A stretch of 64,000 nucleotides of DNA from a virus (taxonomy: Duplodnaviria > Caudoviricetes): the IMG/VR virus record IMGVR_UViG_3300029998_000597; one strand, written 5' to 3'. The notes under the pieces were generated by a model. It was given only the letters and a program-made list of their open reading frames with translations, was not told the origin of the DNA and did no database searches. The translations under genes were made by a program, and so were the position numbers. Positions 28,781 through 38,439 of this stretch are shown here, piece after piece (the stretch's first letter is position 1; each line of letters starts with the position of its first letter).

Positions 28781-29239
28781 TTGCAAGAAAAAATTAAATT
28801 AGAAATTAAAAATATTTCCCCAAATCCTGACCCAGTATATGCCAAAGTTGGTGATAGTGGTATGGATTTACGCGCTTGGCTATCCGAGCCAATTATATTA
28901 AAATCATTAGAAAGAATATTAATACCAACAGGTATTTATATTAACTTACCAAGTGGATGTGAAGCTCAGGTAAGGAGTCGTAGCGGGTGTGCTTTAAAAC
29001 AGGCTCTATGCGTTGCTAATACCCCAGGAACTGTAGACGAACCATATGTTGGCCACGTTCAAATTATCGCAATTAACCTTTCCAAAGAAGATATAATTAT
29101 TGAAAATGGTGATAGGATTGCTCAATTGGTGGTTTGTCCAGTCTATAATAGTAATTATGTTGATATTATTATTGTTGATGAGATAAATAAAGTTACAGAT
29201 AGAGGTGCTTCTGGTTTTGGTGCTTCTGGGTTAAAATAA
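28781..29239 (+). CDS. dut: dUTP diphosphatase (trimeric type), TTG start
   Basis: GDSGMDLRA, RSRSG, GTVDEPYVG, GDRIAQLV and RGASGFGASG motifs I-V. Confidence 0.95.
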   Translation: MQEKIKLEIKNISPNPDPVYAKVGDSGMDLRAWLSEPIILKSLERILIPTGIYINLPSGCEAQVRSRSGCALKQALCVANTPGTVDEPYVGHVQIIAINLSKEDIIIENGDRIAQLVVCPVYNSNYVDIIIVDEINKVTDRGASGFGASGLK

Positions 29240-29297
29240 AATTCAAAAATAGTTTTGTTTAAAATAGTTTCATATTAATAATTTAAACAAATAAAAA

Positions 29298-30452
29298 ATG
29301 GCAACAAAGCAGCCTGTAAAAAAGAAAGAAGTGTCAACGAGTGGATTTGTTGATAAAAAAGATTTTGCAAATGCATTTAAAGCTAAGAACGATTTAAATG
29401 GTGTAAAAGACAAGGATTTAGAATGGATTGTATTACCAGAAGGTTTTTATGATGCGGTTAAACTACCAGGAATTCCAAAAGGGTTTTGTAGTGATATAAT
29501 GGGGCATAGTGATACTGGTAAATCTACTTTTAAATTAGAATTAATGGCTCAGTGTCAGAGAGAGAATATTCTACCTGTAATTTACGAAACTGAAAGTAAT
29601 TTTCCGTGGGAACACGCCCGTATGTGTGGTGTCGAATTTGACGATGTAATGGGGGATGTTGTTAATGAAGATACTGGAGAAGTAGAAAGTAAAGTTGTGG
29701 ATCATAGTGGTTTTTTCTTATATTATGATGCGGAGATTTTATATAGAAAATACGGGAAGATGGATTATGCTCAAAGTAAAATGCTTGAAAAGCCAAATCG
29801 AAAAGTGGCTGTTCTTGAAGATATTGCGTATTCTATTAATGAATTATTAGATTTACAAGGTAATAAAGATGGGGAGATAGATTATGAAATGTGTTTTATT
29901 TGGGATTCCGTTGGATCTATACCATCATATAGGTCCGTAATGTCGAAGACAGGTAATAATATGTTTGATGCTGGGGCTATTAAATCAAGCTTTAATATTA
30001 TTGGGAATAATAGGATACCATTATCAAGGAAAGAGAGTAGTTCATATACAAACACTATGTTTTTTATAAATAAGGTATGGGTTGATAGTATGCAGATGGG
30101 TGCTCCTCAATTAAAAACTAGTGGTGGAGATGGTGTAAAATGGTTTAGTAGACTTAGAATACAATTAGGTGGTGTAACAACTGGTGCGGTTGAAAAACTA
30201 AGTGCAATTTCCGATAAAAAATCGTATAGATATGGAATCACAACTAAAATAAAAGTTGCTAAAAATCACGTAACTGGTATTGAATACGAAGGAAAAATTT
30301 CTTCTTTATCACACGGACTTTGGAATCCAGAAAAAATAGATGCTTATAAGAAACAGTATTCTAAATTTTTATTAAATAAATTGAGTGAATTAACAGGTAA
30401 GCCAATTAAGGATGATACCGAATTAGAATTTTCAGTAGAAAAGGAGGATTAA
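29298..30452 (+). CDS. recA: RecA/UvsX-like recombinase
   Basis: Walker A GHSDTGKST, Walker B FIWDSVGS, FFINKVW, TSGG and KVAKNH motifs. Confidence 0.9.
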   Translation: MATKQPVKKKEVSTSGFVDKKDFANAFKAKNDLNGVKDKDLEWIVLPEGFYDAVKLPGIPKGFCSDIMGHSDTGKSTFKLELMAQCQRENILPVIYETESNFPWEHARMCGVEFDDVMGDVVNEDTGEVESKVVDHSGFFLYYDAEILYRKYGKMDYAQSKMLEKPNRKVAVLEDIAYSINELLDLQGNKDGEIDYEMCFIWDSVGSIPSYRSVMSKTGNNMFDAGAIKSSFNIIGNNRIPLSRKESSSYTNTMFFINKVWVDSMQMGAPQLKTSGGDGVKWFSRLRIQLGGVTTGAVEKLSAISDKKSYRYGITTKIKVAKNHVTGIEYEGKISSLSHGLWNPEKIDAYKKQYSKFLLNKLSELTGKPIKDDTELEFSVEKED

Positions 30453-30454
30453 AT

Positions 30455-31351
30455 ATGGAAGAAAAAAAAGATTTCAGTAAAATAGATTATAGATTTTCAT
30501 ATGTATTATCTGTAAACGACTTGGAAAATACTAACAACGAGGTTATTATTTGTAAACGTGATTTTAACATTAATAATTTCGATGCCAGTTCATTAAGATC
30601 GATTGAATTAAAGGAGGCTATTGATGATATCGTTAGATTGATTGATAGGGATTTAAAATCTAAATCAAGAGTTTATACTTGGTGTAATATGCCATTGACA
30701 ATTCAGAAAACTGTAAGAGGTAATAGAAAGTTAGGCGTGTATCATGGTGACTTAGAAGAATCGAAAGATATTTCTCCAGAATTCACTAATACGATTAATG
30801 CATCACAAATAACTACCTTTAAGTTCACTTTTTTTGATGGGTTAAAACCTGTGATTACAAAAATTTGGTCTGGTGATAATTATCCTTTTACCGTTAGAAA
30901 TTCAGTTGATTTAACGAATAAAAAATATAAATATGACTCGGTAAATATTCAAGCACTTGATTTCACAAGATCGATTGCTCAAAGGTCAGCAGTAGATAGA
31001 CCAGATTTGACCGCTATCATCATGAAACACCTTTGTAGTGTGTGCTCGTCATTTTATTCAAAAGAACACGAACAAAGGGTTATTTACAAACAAAGTCTAC
31101 CAGAGTTAATGTTAGATGAAATCGTATTTACCGACTTTACAAATGGGAAATTTGAATACGTAGATAATAAAATCACGCCAATTTGTAAATCTTTCGATGA
31201 AAATCGCGGAGTTGACAGGGTAGTATATGAAGCCTATACAATGGAATTTGATGCTGGTAACGGTAAAGTATATCAAAACTATTCGCCAATCGAAGATTGG
31301 GAAGATGACTTAGCAGCAGAATCAATGGCTAAAAAATGGGGAAATAGTTAA
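30455..31351 (+). CDS. Phage hypothetical protein in the replication operon
   Basis: 298-aa ORF between the recombinase and the helicase. Confidence 0.75.
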   Translation: MEEKKDFSKIDYRFSYVLSVNDLENTNNEVIICKRDFNINNFDASSLRSIELKEAIDDIVRLIDRDLKSKSRVYTWCNMPLTIQKTVRGNRKLGVYHGDLEESKDISPEFTNTINASQITTFKFTFFDGLKPVITKIWSGDNYPFTVRNSVDLTNKKYKYDSVNIQALDFTRSIAQRSAVDRPDLTAIIMKHLCSVCSSFYSKEHEQRVIYKQSLPELMLDEIVFTDFTNGKFEYVDNKITPICKSFDENRGVDRVVYEAYTMEFDAGNGKVYQNYSPIEDWEDDLAAESMAKKWGNS

Positions 31352-31387
31352 ATATCTAATATAAATTTAGTTATTAAAACAAGTTTA

Positions 31388-31420
31388 ATTGCCGAAATAC
31401 CATAAAAGTATTTCGGCAAT
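31388..31420. other. Perfect 13-bp hairpin between the hypothetical gene and dnaB
   Basis: attgccgaaatac / gtatttcggcaat with loop cataaaa. No U-tract on either strand, so it may be an mRNA stability or processing element rather than a terminator. Confidence 0.55.
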
Positions 31421-31455
31421 CTTATCAAAAAAAATAAAAAAGTTATAAATAAAAA

Positions 31456-33975
31456 ATGGCAAAGAGAGACGATTTAGGTTATTTAGGCACAGAATTTCAG
31501 TATAGATTGGCTCATCATTTTATGGATGATAAGAAATTTTTTAGAGATGTTTCTGATATGGTTGATACAAATATGTTCACAGATGTAAATGTTAGACGGT
31601 TCATGGGAACGCTTAAAAATTTTTTCGATATAAATGATTATGTTCCATCTTATGAACAGGCAGAAATAGAATTACGTTCAACAACAAATAGTGATCAGGA
31701 TATTGAATTTGTGGTTGAAATTGTTAAAAAGATTAAAAACACAACCTGTGAAGGTGCTGATTCAATTAAAACAAAGGCCCATAAATTTTTCAAACAACAA
31801 AATATGGCCAAAGTTTATAATCAAATGGGTAAATTTATTAGCGATGGTGATATTGATAAATATGATGAATTAGAAGAATTAATTAGAAATGCATTAGCGA
31901 CTGGCAACAGAGAAGAAATAGGTATTCACCTTAGAGACAACTTAGGTGAAGTACTTTCAGAAGATTATAGAAAAGTCGTACCAACTGGAGTTAAAGGCGT
32001 TGACGATGCGCTTGAAGGTGGGCTTGGGCGAGGTGAATTAGGTGTTATAATAGGACCTTCATCTTTTGGTAAAGAGCAACCAATCAGCGAGTTAGTGTGT
32101 ACTCCAGATGGATTTAGAACTATGGGTTCAATTGAAGTAGGTGATTTTGTTATTGGTGGAAATGGAAAACCAGTCAAAGTAATTAATACCTTTCCACAGG
32201 GAGTTAAAGACGTATATAAAGTTACTTTTTCTGATAAAGTTTCAGTAGAATGCGGTATAGATCATTTATGGAATGTTAATTCAGTATATCAAAGGTGTGG
32301 TAAAAAATACGTTAGTGGTGTTAGTAAAAGTCGTGATGATAAATATTATATACCAGATCACACATATCAAACATTATCATTGAAACAAATTTTAGAAAAA
32401 GGGTTATTTAAAAACTATGCTGGACACCCTAAAAGACATAACTTTAAAGTTCCAATGCCAGAAGCGGTTCAGTTTAACACAATAGATATACCAGAAACAT
32501 TACCACCTTATTTTATAGGGGCATTTATTGGAGATGGCTGTTTTTCAAGAATGGACATCACATCTGTTGACCAAGAAATAATTGATAAAATTTGTAAAAT
32601 AACAAATGTAGTTTCATTAAATAATTCAACAAGAGACCCACATATTACCAAAATTCAATTATCTTATTTACTAAAAGAACAATTATATAAATATTTTACA
32701 TTAGAAGAAAAAAGTGAAGATAAGTTTATACCAAACGATTATTTATATAATTCAATTGAAAATCGGATAGAATTATTAAATGGTCTTATGGATACCGATG
32801 GAACTTGTCAAAAAAATGGTTGTTCTTGTTATAATACAAAATCAAAACAATTAGCCGAAGATGTTAAAACACTTGTATTATCTTTAGGTGGATTTGCAAT
32901 TGTTAGAGAAAAAAATGCTTCTTATTTTAATAAAAAATATAATATTGGAGTAGATTGTGGTATTCATTATGAAGTAACAATTACATTAATAGATACAACT
33001 ATCCCAATATTTAATTTAAAAAGAAAACAAGATAGAGTTAATTATAGAACAAGTAAGAAAACACTTAGATTTATTGAGTCGGTTGAGTTAGTTAGACAAG
33101 AAGAGTCCAAATGTATTATGCTGGAAAGTGAAGATGGATTATATTTAACGCGAGATTTTATTGTTACACATAATACCTCATTAACAACAAGTTTTGCAAA
33201 TCATGCCGCTTTAAACAATTTTAAAGTACTTCAAATAATTTTTGAGGATAAGGAAAAACAAATTCAACGAAAACATATTGGGAAGATTACGGGTGTCGAG
33301 GCAAGAGATTTATCAAAACCAGAAAATATTGAAATGGTTAAAGATATTATGTCTTACACGGATGCTTTCGATGAAAATCTTGTAATTAAAAAATTTAATA
33401 CAGGGGAAGTTAATCCAGTTCAAATCAGGACATATATTAAGAGACTTATCAATACTGGTTTTAATCCAGATATGGTTATAGTGGATTATTTCGAATGTTT
33501 GGTAGCTTCAAAGAATTTCAAGGACCAGTGGACAGGAGAGGGTCATACAATGCGTCAATTAGAAGCAATAGCATCAGATTTAGATATTGCCTTATGGGTT
33601 CCAACCCAAGGAACGAAAGATTCATTAAATGCTGAAATTGTGACAATGGATAAAGCTGGTGGTAGTTTCAAAAAAATTCAAATTGCTCACATTGTAATAT
33701 CAATTGCCCGTTCAATGGAAGATATGGAAAATAATATTGCAACGATTGCTGTATTGAAAAATAGATCTGGTAAATCTGGTAGAGTAATGGAAGGTGCTTC
33801 ATTTAATAATGGTACTTGTGAGATAAACACTGATAATATCCAAATGTTTGAGGGAATGACAGATTATAATAGTTCTGAAGCTGAGAAAAAGCAAGAAAAA
33901 ACAAAAGATATTTTGGAAGCCGCAAGATTAAGAAGAGAATTGGCGAAAAAAGAAAAAGAAGAACAAAACAATTAA
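31456..33975 (+). CDS. dnaB: Replicative DNA helicase (DnaB / T4 gp41-like) interrupted by an intein
   Basis: GELGVIIGPSSFGK|TS split Walker A, DMVIVDYFECL, WVPTQG, and IAVLKNRSG arginine finger. Confidence 0.92.
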   Translation: MAKRDDLGYLGTEFQYRLAHHFMDDKKFFRDVSDMVDTNMFTDVNVRRFMGTLKNFFDINDYVPSYEQAEIELRSTTNSDQDIEFVVEIVKKIKNTTCEGADSIKTKAHKFFKQQNMAKVYNQMGKFISDGDIDKYDELEELIRNALATGNREEIGIHLRDNLGEVLSEDYRKVVPTGVKGVDDALEGGLGRGELGVIIGPSSFGKEQPISELVCTPDGFRTMGSIEVGDFVIGGNGKPVKVINTFPQGVKDVYKVTFSDKVSVECGIDHLWNVNSVYQRCGKKYVSGVSKSRDDKYYIPDHTYQTLSLKQILEKGLFKNYAGHPKRHNFKVPMPEAVQFNTIDIPETLPPYFIGAFIGDGCFSRMDITSVDQEIIDKICKITNVVSLNNSTRDPHITKIQLSYLLKEQLYKYFTLEEKSEDKFIPNDYLYNSIENRIELLNGLMDTDGTCQKNGCSCYNTKSKQLAEDVKTLVLSLGGFAIVREKNASYFNKKYNIGVDCGIHYEVTITLIDTTIPIFNLKRKQDRVNYRTSKKTLRFIESVELVRQEESKCIMLESEDGLYLTRDFIVTHNTSLTTSFANHAALNNFKVLQIIFEDKEKQIQRKHIGKITGVEARDLSKPENIEMVKDIMSYTDAFDENLVIKKFNTGEVNPVQIRTYIKRLINTGFNPDMVIVDYFECLVASKNFKDQWTGEGHTMRQLEAIASDLDIALWVPTQGTKDSLNAEIVTMDKAGGSFKKIQIAHIVISIARSMEDMENNIATIAVLKNRSGKSGRVMEGASFNNGTCEINTDNIQMFEGMTDYNSSEAEKKQEKTKDILEAARLRRELAKKEKEEQNN
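32074..33174 (+). mobile_element. Class-3 intein (367 aa, Glu1) with LAGLIDADG homing endonuclease
   Basis: Begins EQPISELVCTPDG. Block B CGIDHLW, block C FIGAFIGDG, block E LLNGLMDTDG, block F SKCIML, ends IVTHN|T. Removing it restores GPSSFGKTS. Confidence 0.9.
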
Positions 33976-33991
33976 AAACAAAATAAATAAA

Positions 33992-36250
33992 ATGCAAAAA
34001 GGTAAAAAATTTCTATCGGATTTAAAATTACATTCGGATTACTTGAAATGGAGAGAAGATTTAGGTCGATATGAAACGTGGGAAGAGGCTTGTGATTCAA
34101 TTATTGAAACCCATTTAAAAAAATATGGGGATAAGATAAAACCGTATACTGACTCAGCTGTTCAAAGCATGAAGGACAAATTGGTATTAGCATCACAACG
34201 AAGCCTACAATATCGCGGTGAACAATTAGAGAAACATAATAGTAGATTATACAACTGCACGACTGGCTATGTAGCTTACAATAAGATTTTCCAAGAGGTA
34301 TTTTATTTACTACTTAGTGGGTGTGGGTTCGGTGGCGGATTATTAATACCATTCGTTCAAAATATATCTAATATTGAGAAAAGAAATAATGGAACAAAAA
34401 CATTTATTATTCCAGACTCAATAGAGGGGTGGTCAGATTCTCTTGGTGTTTTAATGTCTTCGTATTTCAAAGATAACCAACCATTCCCAGAATATTATGG
34501 GTATGAAATTAAATTCGATTATTCAAAAATAAGAAAAAAAGGTGCTTTCATTAGTGGAGGGTTTAAAGCTCCTGGTTCTGAAGCATTAAAAAAATCATTA
34601 GAACAAATTGAAAATTTAATTGAAAATTGGTTATCTAAAGAAGGTAATGTTGTTAGACCTATTTTAGCATTCGACATACTTTGTTTTGCATCAAACGCTG
34701 TTCTTAGTGGTGGTGTTAGGCGATCAGCAATGGATATGATTATTGATGAAAATGATGATGAGATGATCAATGCAAAAATGGGGAATTGGTTTGAAACTAA
34801 CCCACAGAGGGCAAGGTCCAATAACTCTATTCTATTAAAAAGAGATAAAGTTGGAAAAGCTCAATTCGAAGAAATTATCAAAATGAACGATGGTGTTTCG
34901 GATATTGGTTTTGTTTTTGCAAATTCATATTTTGATATGTTTAATCCTTGTTTTGAGATTGCACAACTTCCAATATTATGGAATGATACGATGGACTTAG
35001 AAAATATTAAGTACGAAGAATTAGGTGATTTCATTAAAAATAACAGCCATTTATTAGGTATACAAGGTTGTAATCTAACAGAAATTTCAGCCGAAGCTTG
35101 TACTACAAAAGAAAAGTTCTTTAAAGCCTGTGCTGATGCAACTATTTTGGGAACAATTCAAGCTGGTTTTACATCGTTTTCATATTTAGGTGAAACAAGT
35201 GAAAAAATATTTCAAAAAGAATCTTTATTGGGGGTGTCAATTACAGGCTGGATGAATAATCCAAAATTATTCAACGCTGAATTATTACAAAAAGGAGTTG
35301 ATATCATAAGAAAGACCAATGTAGAAGTAGCAAAACTAATTGGTATTAACCCAGCTGCAAGGCTAACTTGTTGTAAACCAAGTGGTAATAGTAGTGTTAT
35401 TTTAGGTACATCCTCTGGCATTCACCCAGAACACGCTCAATCATATTTCAGGTTAATGCAACTAAATAAAGAAGCTGAAACCGCTAAATGGTTGAATGAA
35501 AATATGCCTTTCTTATTAGAAGAATCGGCGTGGTCTGATACTAATTCGGATTATGTTGTTTTTATACCAATAGAAAATTCAAAAGATGGTTTTTACAAAA
35601 AAGACATGACTGGTTTAGCACATCTTGAGAAAATCAAATTAGTTCAAGAAAATTGGGTAACTTACGGTACTAACCCAGAACTATGTGGATATCCACACAT
35701 TAATCACAACGTAAGCTGCACTGTTATTATTGATAATATTGAAGAAGTAATTGATTATATTTGGGATAATAAAAAGGCTTTTACGGCTGTATCATTTATA
35801 TCAAATACAGCCGATAGAGAATTTAATCAAGCCCCTTTTACAACGGTAAATACTATGGAAGAAATTATTTCTCTATATGGTAAAGGTTCTTTATTTGCAT
35901 CTGGGTTAATTGTAGATGGGTTACATTACTTTAAAAATAATTTATGGCTTGCTTGTGATAGCGTCCTTGATAGAGATTTATTAGTAACAGGAACAAGGGA
36001 AGAAGTACTTCTTAAAAAATATTGGTTAAGCTGCGCAAAGAAGTTTGCTAAAAACTATTTTAAAGGAGATCTAAAGAAAATGGTATATTGTTTAAAAGAT
36101 ATTCACCTAATTCATAAATGGGAGGTTATTAACCGACAAATGCGCGAGGTTGATTTTAATAAGATACTTAATAAACCAGCATTTAAAGATGTATCTGATT
36201 ATGCCGCCCAAGCCTGTTCTGGTGGGGCTTGTGAAATCAAAAGAGTGTAA
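33992..36250 (+). CDS. nrdJ: Class II (adenosylcobalamin-dependent) ribonucleoside-triphosphate reductase
   Basis: LYNC, GCGFG, GGVRRSA, RARSNNS, NPCFEI, CNLTEI, CKPSGN and C-terminal ACSGGACE motifs of monomeric RTPR. Confidence 0.9.
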   Translation: MQKGKKFLSDLKLHSDYLKWREDLGRYETWEEACDSIIETHLKKYGDKIKPYTDSAVQSMKDKLVLASQRSLQYRGEQLEKHNSRLYNCTTGYVAYNKIFQEVFYLLLSGCGFGGGLLIPFVQNISNIEKRNNGTKTFIIPDSIEGWSDSLGVLMSSYFKDNQPFPEYYGYEIKFDYSKIRKKGAFISGGFKAPGSEALKKSLEQIENLIENWLSKEGNVVRPILAFDILCFASNAVLSGGVRRSAMDMIIDENDDEMINAKMGNWFETNPQRARSNNSILLKRDKVGKAQFEEIIKMNDGVSDIGFVFANSYFDMFNPCFEIAQLPILWNDTMDLENIKYEELGDFIKNNSHLLGIQGCNLTEISAEACTTKEKFFKACADATILGTIQAGFTSFSYLGETSEKIFQKESLLGVSITGWMNNPKLFNAELLQKGVDIIRKTNVEVAKLIGINPAARLTCCKPSGNSSVILGTSSGIHPEHAQSYFRLMQLNKEAETAKWLNENMPFLLEESAWSDTNSDYVVFIPIENSKDGFYKKDMTGLAHLEKIKLVQENWVTYGTNPELCGYPHINHNVSCTVIIDNIEEVIDYIWDNKKAFTAVSFISNTADREFNQAPFTTVNTMEEIISLYGKGSLFASGLIVDGLHYFKNNLWLACDSVLDRDLLVTGTREEVLLKKYWLSCAKKFAKNYFKGDLKKMVYCLKDIHLIHKWEVINRQMREVDFNKILNKPAFKDVSDYAAQACSGGACEIKRV

Positions 36251-36263
36251 TAAATAATATTAA

Positions 36264-36308
36264 ATGGTTGGGTTTCTAAAGTTATTTAGGTTCCCAATCA
36301 TTTTTTTT
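36264..36308 (+). terminator. Intrinsic terminator after nrdJ
   Basis: Imperfect stem atggttggg...ctaaa / tttag...cccaatcat followed by a long T run. Confidence 0.75.
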
Positions 36309-36316
36309 AATTTAAC

Positions 36317-36347
36317 TTGTTTTATTCAATAATTAAACGTATATTTG
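36317..36347 (+). promoter_or_regulatory. Bacteroidota-type promoter TTG-N20-TATATTTG
   Basis: cTTGttttattcaataattaaacgTATATTTG, upstream of the ATG at 36368. Confidence 0.85.
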
Positions 36348-36367
36348 TGAAAATTAAATAAAAAACC

Positions 36368-36601
36368 ATGAAAGAAGAAAAAGAAATATTACCAACAAAA
36401 TGGTTTAAAACACAACAAATTTCAACCTGGATCGGAGAGCCACTTGGACAAATACCTGGAAAGCCTATTGAAGAATATGAGGGTGGTCACGGTAAATTAA
36501 TTATTATGCACCAATGTGGTGAAAATAAGCAAGAATTAAAAGGTCAAATACAAACTTTTTTATCTGGTTTAGATGAAGATTTTGAATATTTCGCCTGTTA
36601 A
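36368..36601 (+). CDS. Hypothetical protein
   Basis: 77-aa ORF, first gene after the promoter. Confidence 0.65.
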   Translation: MKEEKEILPTKWFKTQQISTWIGEPLGQIPGKPIEEYEGGHGKLIIMHQCGENKQELKGQIQTFLSGLDEDFEYFAC

Positions 36602-36629
36602 ATAAAAAAAAAACAATTTAAATAAAATT

Positions 36630-37781
36630 ATGAAACAAACAATCGAAATACAAGTTCCAAGTGGTAAGAAAGTAGTTATGAATCAAATGGAAAAAGGAAT
36701 GTTATTTACTTTCGAGGATAAAAATAATTTAGAGCTCTTACAAGATGATATGGATTATGTTAGGAGCTCAATATTATCATATATGGGAATTCCAAAAAAA
36801 ATTTTTGGTAATTATGAATTAGAACAAAAATTGGAAAGACAGAAATGTTTTGACGATAAAACTCGTATTTATATGATCGAAAAATATTTCAAAGTTTTTG
36901 ATGCTACCCAAATGAATAATGATAATCATGGAATGATTCCTTTCAAATTAATGGATCACCAAAAACTGATTTTAAGGTCACTGGTTGATAATAAAGGAAC
37001 GATAGTTAAATCATATCGCCAGGCAGGAAATACAGCTTTAATGGCAGCCTATTATGCCTGTGAGCTGATTTTAACTGAGGGTACGGATATATTATATATG
37101 TCAAGTAGCTTACAATGTAGTTCTATGTTTATGAAATTAGTAAGTGGTTTTATTGATCAATGGTTATTGGGAACTAATCAACCAATATTTGATTACGATA
37201 AAAACTGGGTTATAAATAATGGAAATGAGATCAAATTAGCAACAGGTACAAACATTAGAGTTATTAATCCAAATAAAGTATATTCTTTACAAAACATAGA
37301 ATTAGATAAAATAACACATATTATTTATGATAATTCTGCTTTTATCGAATTTGATGATGGATTTAGAGAGCTTATGGGTTACAAATTACCTGAAAATATT
37401 AAAACTACGATTATTTCAACAGACCAGAAGGTTAAGAATTGGTTTAAAGACAAATGGGATTCAGCTGATAAACAAGGTAATAAATTAAATAAAATCGAAC
37501 TTGAATGGTTTAATGACCCACGATACAATAAAGATTTAAAATGGGTTAAAGTCAGTCAAGAAGTTATCGAAAACGGTATTAATAAGATTAAACAAGCTTA
37601 TTTACCAACAAATGAGTGGTATGTTGGTATGTGTAGAATTTGGAATAATAAAGAAAGAATTGAACAGGAAATTGGTATTGGTTATAATCCGAACGAAAAT
37701 TATGTTGAAATAAAAAAGAATGATATTAGAGAACATATTTTACAATTAAATAATGAATTACAAAAATTAAAAAATCTATGA
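36630..37781 (+). CDS. Degenerate large-terminase ATPase-domain paralogue lacking the nuclease domain
   Basis: GMIPFKLMDHQ adenine-binding motif, Walker A-like SYRQAGNT (K to N), Walker B-like IIYDNSAF (E to N), ISTDQ coupling-motif position, then EQEIG and the end of the protein. Confidence 0.7.
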   Translation: MKQTIEIQVPSGKKVVMNQMEKGMLFTFEDKNNLELLQDDMDYVRSSILSYMGIPKKIFGNYELEQKLERQKCFDDKTRIYMIEKYFKVFDATQMNNDNHGMIPFKLMDHQKLILRSLVDNKGTIVKSYRQAGNTALMAAYYACELILTEGTDILYMSSSLQCSSMFMKLVSGFIDQWLLGTNQPIFDYDKNWVINNGNEIKLATGTNIRVINPNKVYSLQNIELDKITHIIYDNSAFIEFDDGFRELMGYKLPENIKTTIISTDQKVKNWFKDKWDSADKQGNKLNKIELEWFNDPRYNKDLKWVKVSQEVIENGINKIKQAYLPTNEWYVGMCRIWNNKERIEQEIGIGYNPNENYVEIKKNDIREHILQLNNELQKLKNL

Positions 37782-38218
37782 GTATAATTTTAAATGAATA
37801 CAATGAAGAAAATAGAATTGATAAAACTTGGTTCGATAGTTCTAACGTTAAATATTGTGAATGCGATGATAAATTGGATGCACTAAAAGAAGTTACTGTT
37901 TGCTTCTCAGACGGGCGAACTTACTCATACTCAGACGTTAAGGTAAACGATTACCTCATGTTTAGAAATTCTTTAAGCCAAGGTAAAGATATATTTAAAT
38001 ACATTGCGGTTAAAGATAATGGTGTTCCAAGATATAAAACAACCAGATTAGAAAATACCGATTTAACTTTATTAGAGGTTCAAAAACAACAAATTTTAGA
38101 ATCACGCGTTGAAAAACTAAAAGAGTTCAATAAAACATTGGTTGAATCACAAGTTGATTTAGAACCAGAATTTTCTAAACATATTAAAGATAATATTGAA
38201 GATTTATTAATGAAATAA
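37778..38218 (+). CDS. KTSC-domain-like protein
   Basis: DSSNVKY...VTVCFSDGRTYSYSDV...YLMFRNSLSQGK fits the KTSC pattern. Confidence 0.7.
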   Translation: MSIILNEYNEENRIDKTWFDSSNVKYCECDDKLDALKEVTVCFSDGRTYSYSDVKVNDYLMFRNSLSQGKDIFKYIAVKDNGVPRYKTTRLENTDLTLLEVQKQQILESRVEKLKEFNKTLVESQVDLEPEFSKHIKDNIEDLLMK

Positions 38219-38439
38219 TGGAAAATAAAGGTTTTTTTGATACAGGAGAGTTAACTTTAGCAGACTTAAAAAAATGGGTAAACATGATTCCAGATGTTTA
38301 TTTGGATTATAATGTTGTATGTTGTCAAGAAGTTTATTTAGTTGGGGAAATTGGAATTCGAAAAGATATGCCAGTTGTAGGATTAGCATTAGATGTGGAA
38401 ACATCGGAAGTTTTAATTAAAATTGAGTTAAACGAATGA
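38218..38439 (+). CDS. Hypothetical protein
   Basis: 73 aa, translationally coupled. Begins LTLADLKKWVNMIPD. Confidence 0.65.
   Translation: MENKGFFDTGELTLADLKKWVNMIPDVYLDYNVVCCQEVYLVGEIGIRKDMPVVGLALDVETSEVLIKIELNE

Noticed and set aside
36630-37781. Calling this ORF the functional packaging terminase
   Set aside because: The Walker A Lys and Walker B Glu are missing, there is no nuclease domain, and it follows an early-type promoter.
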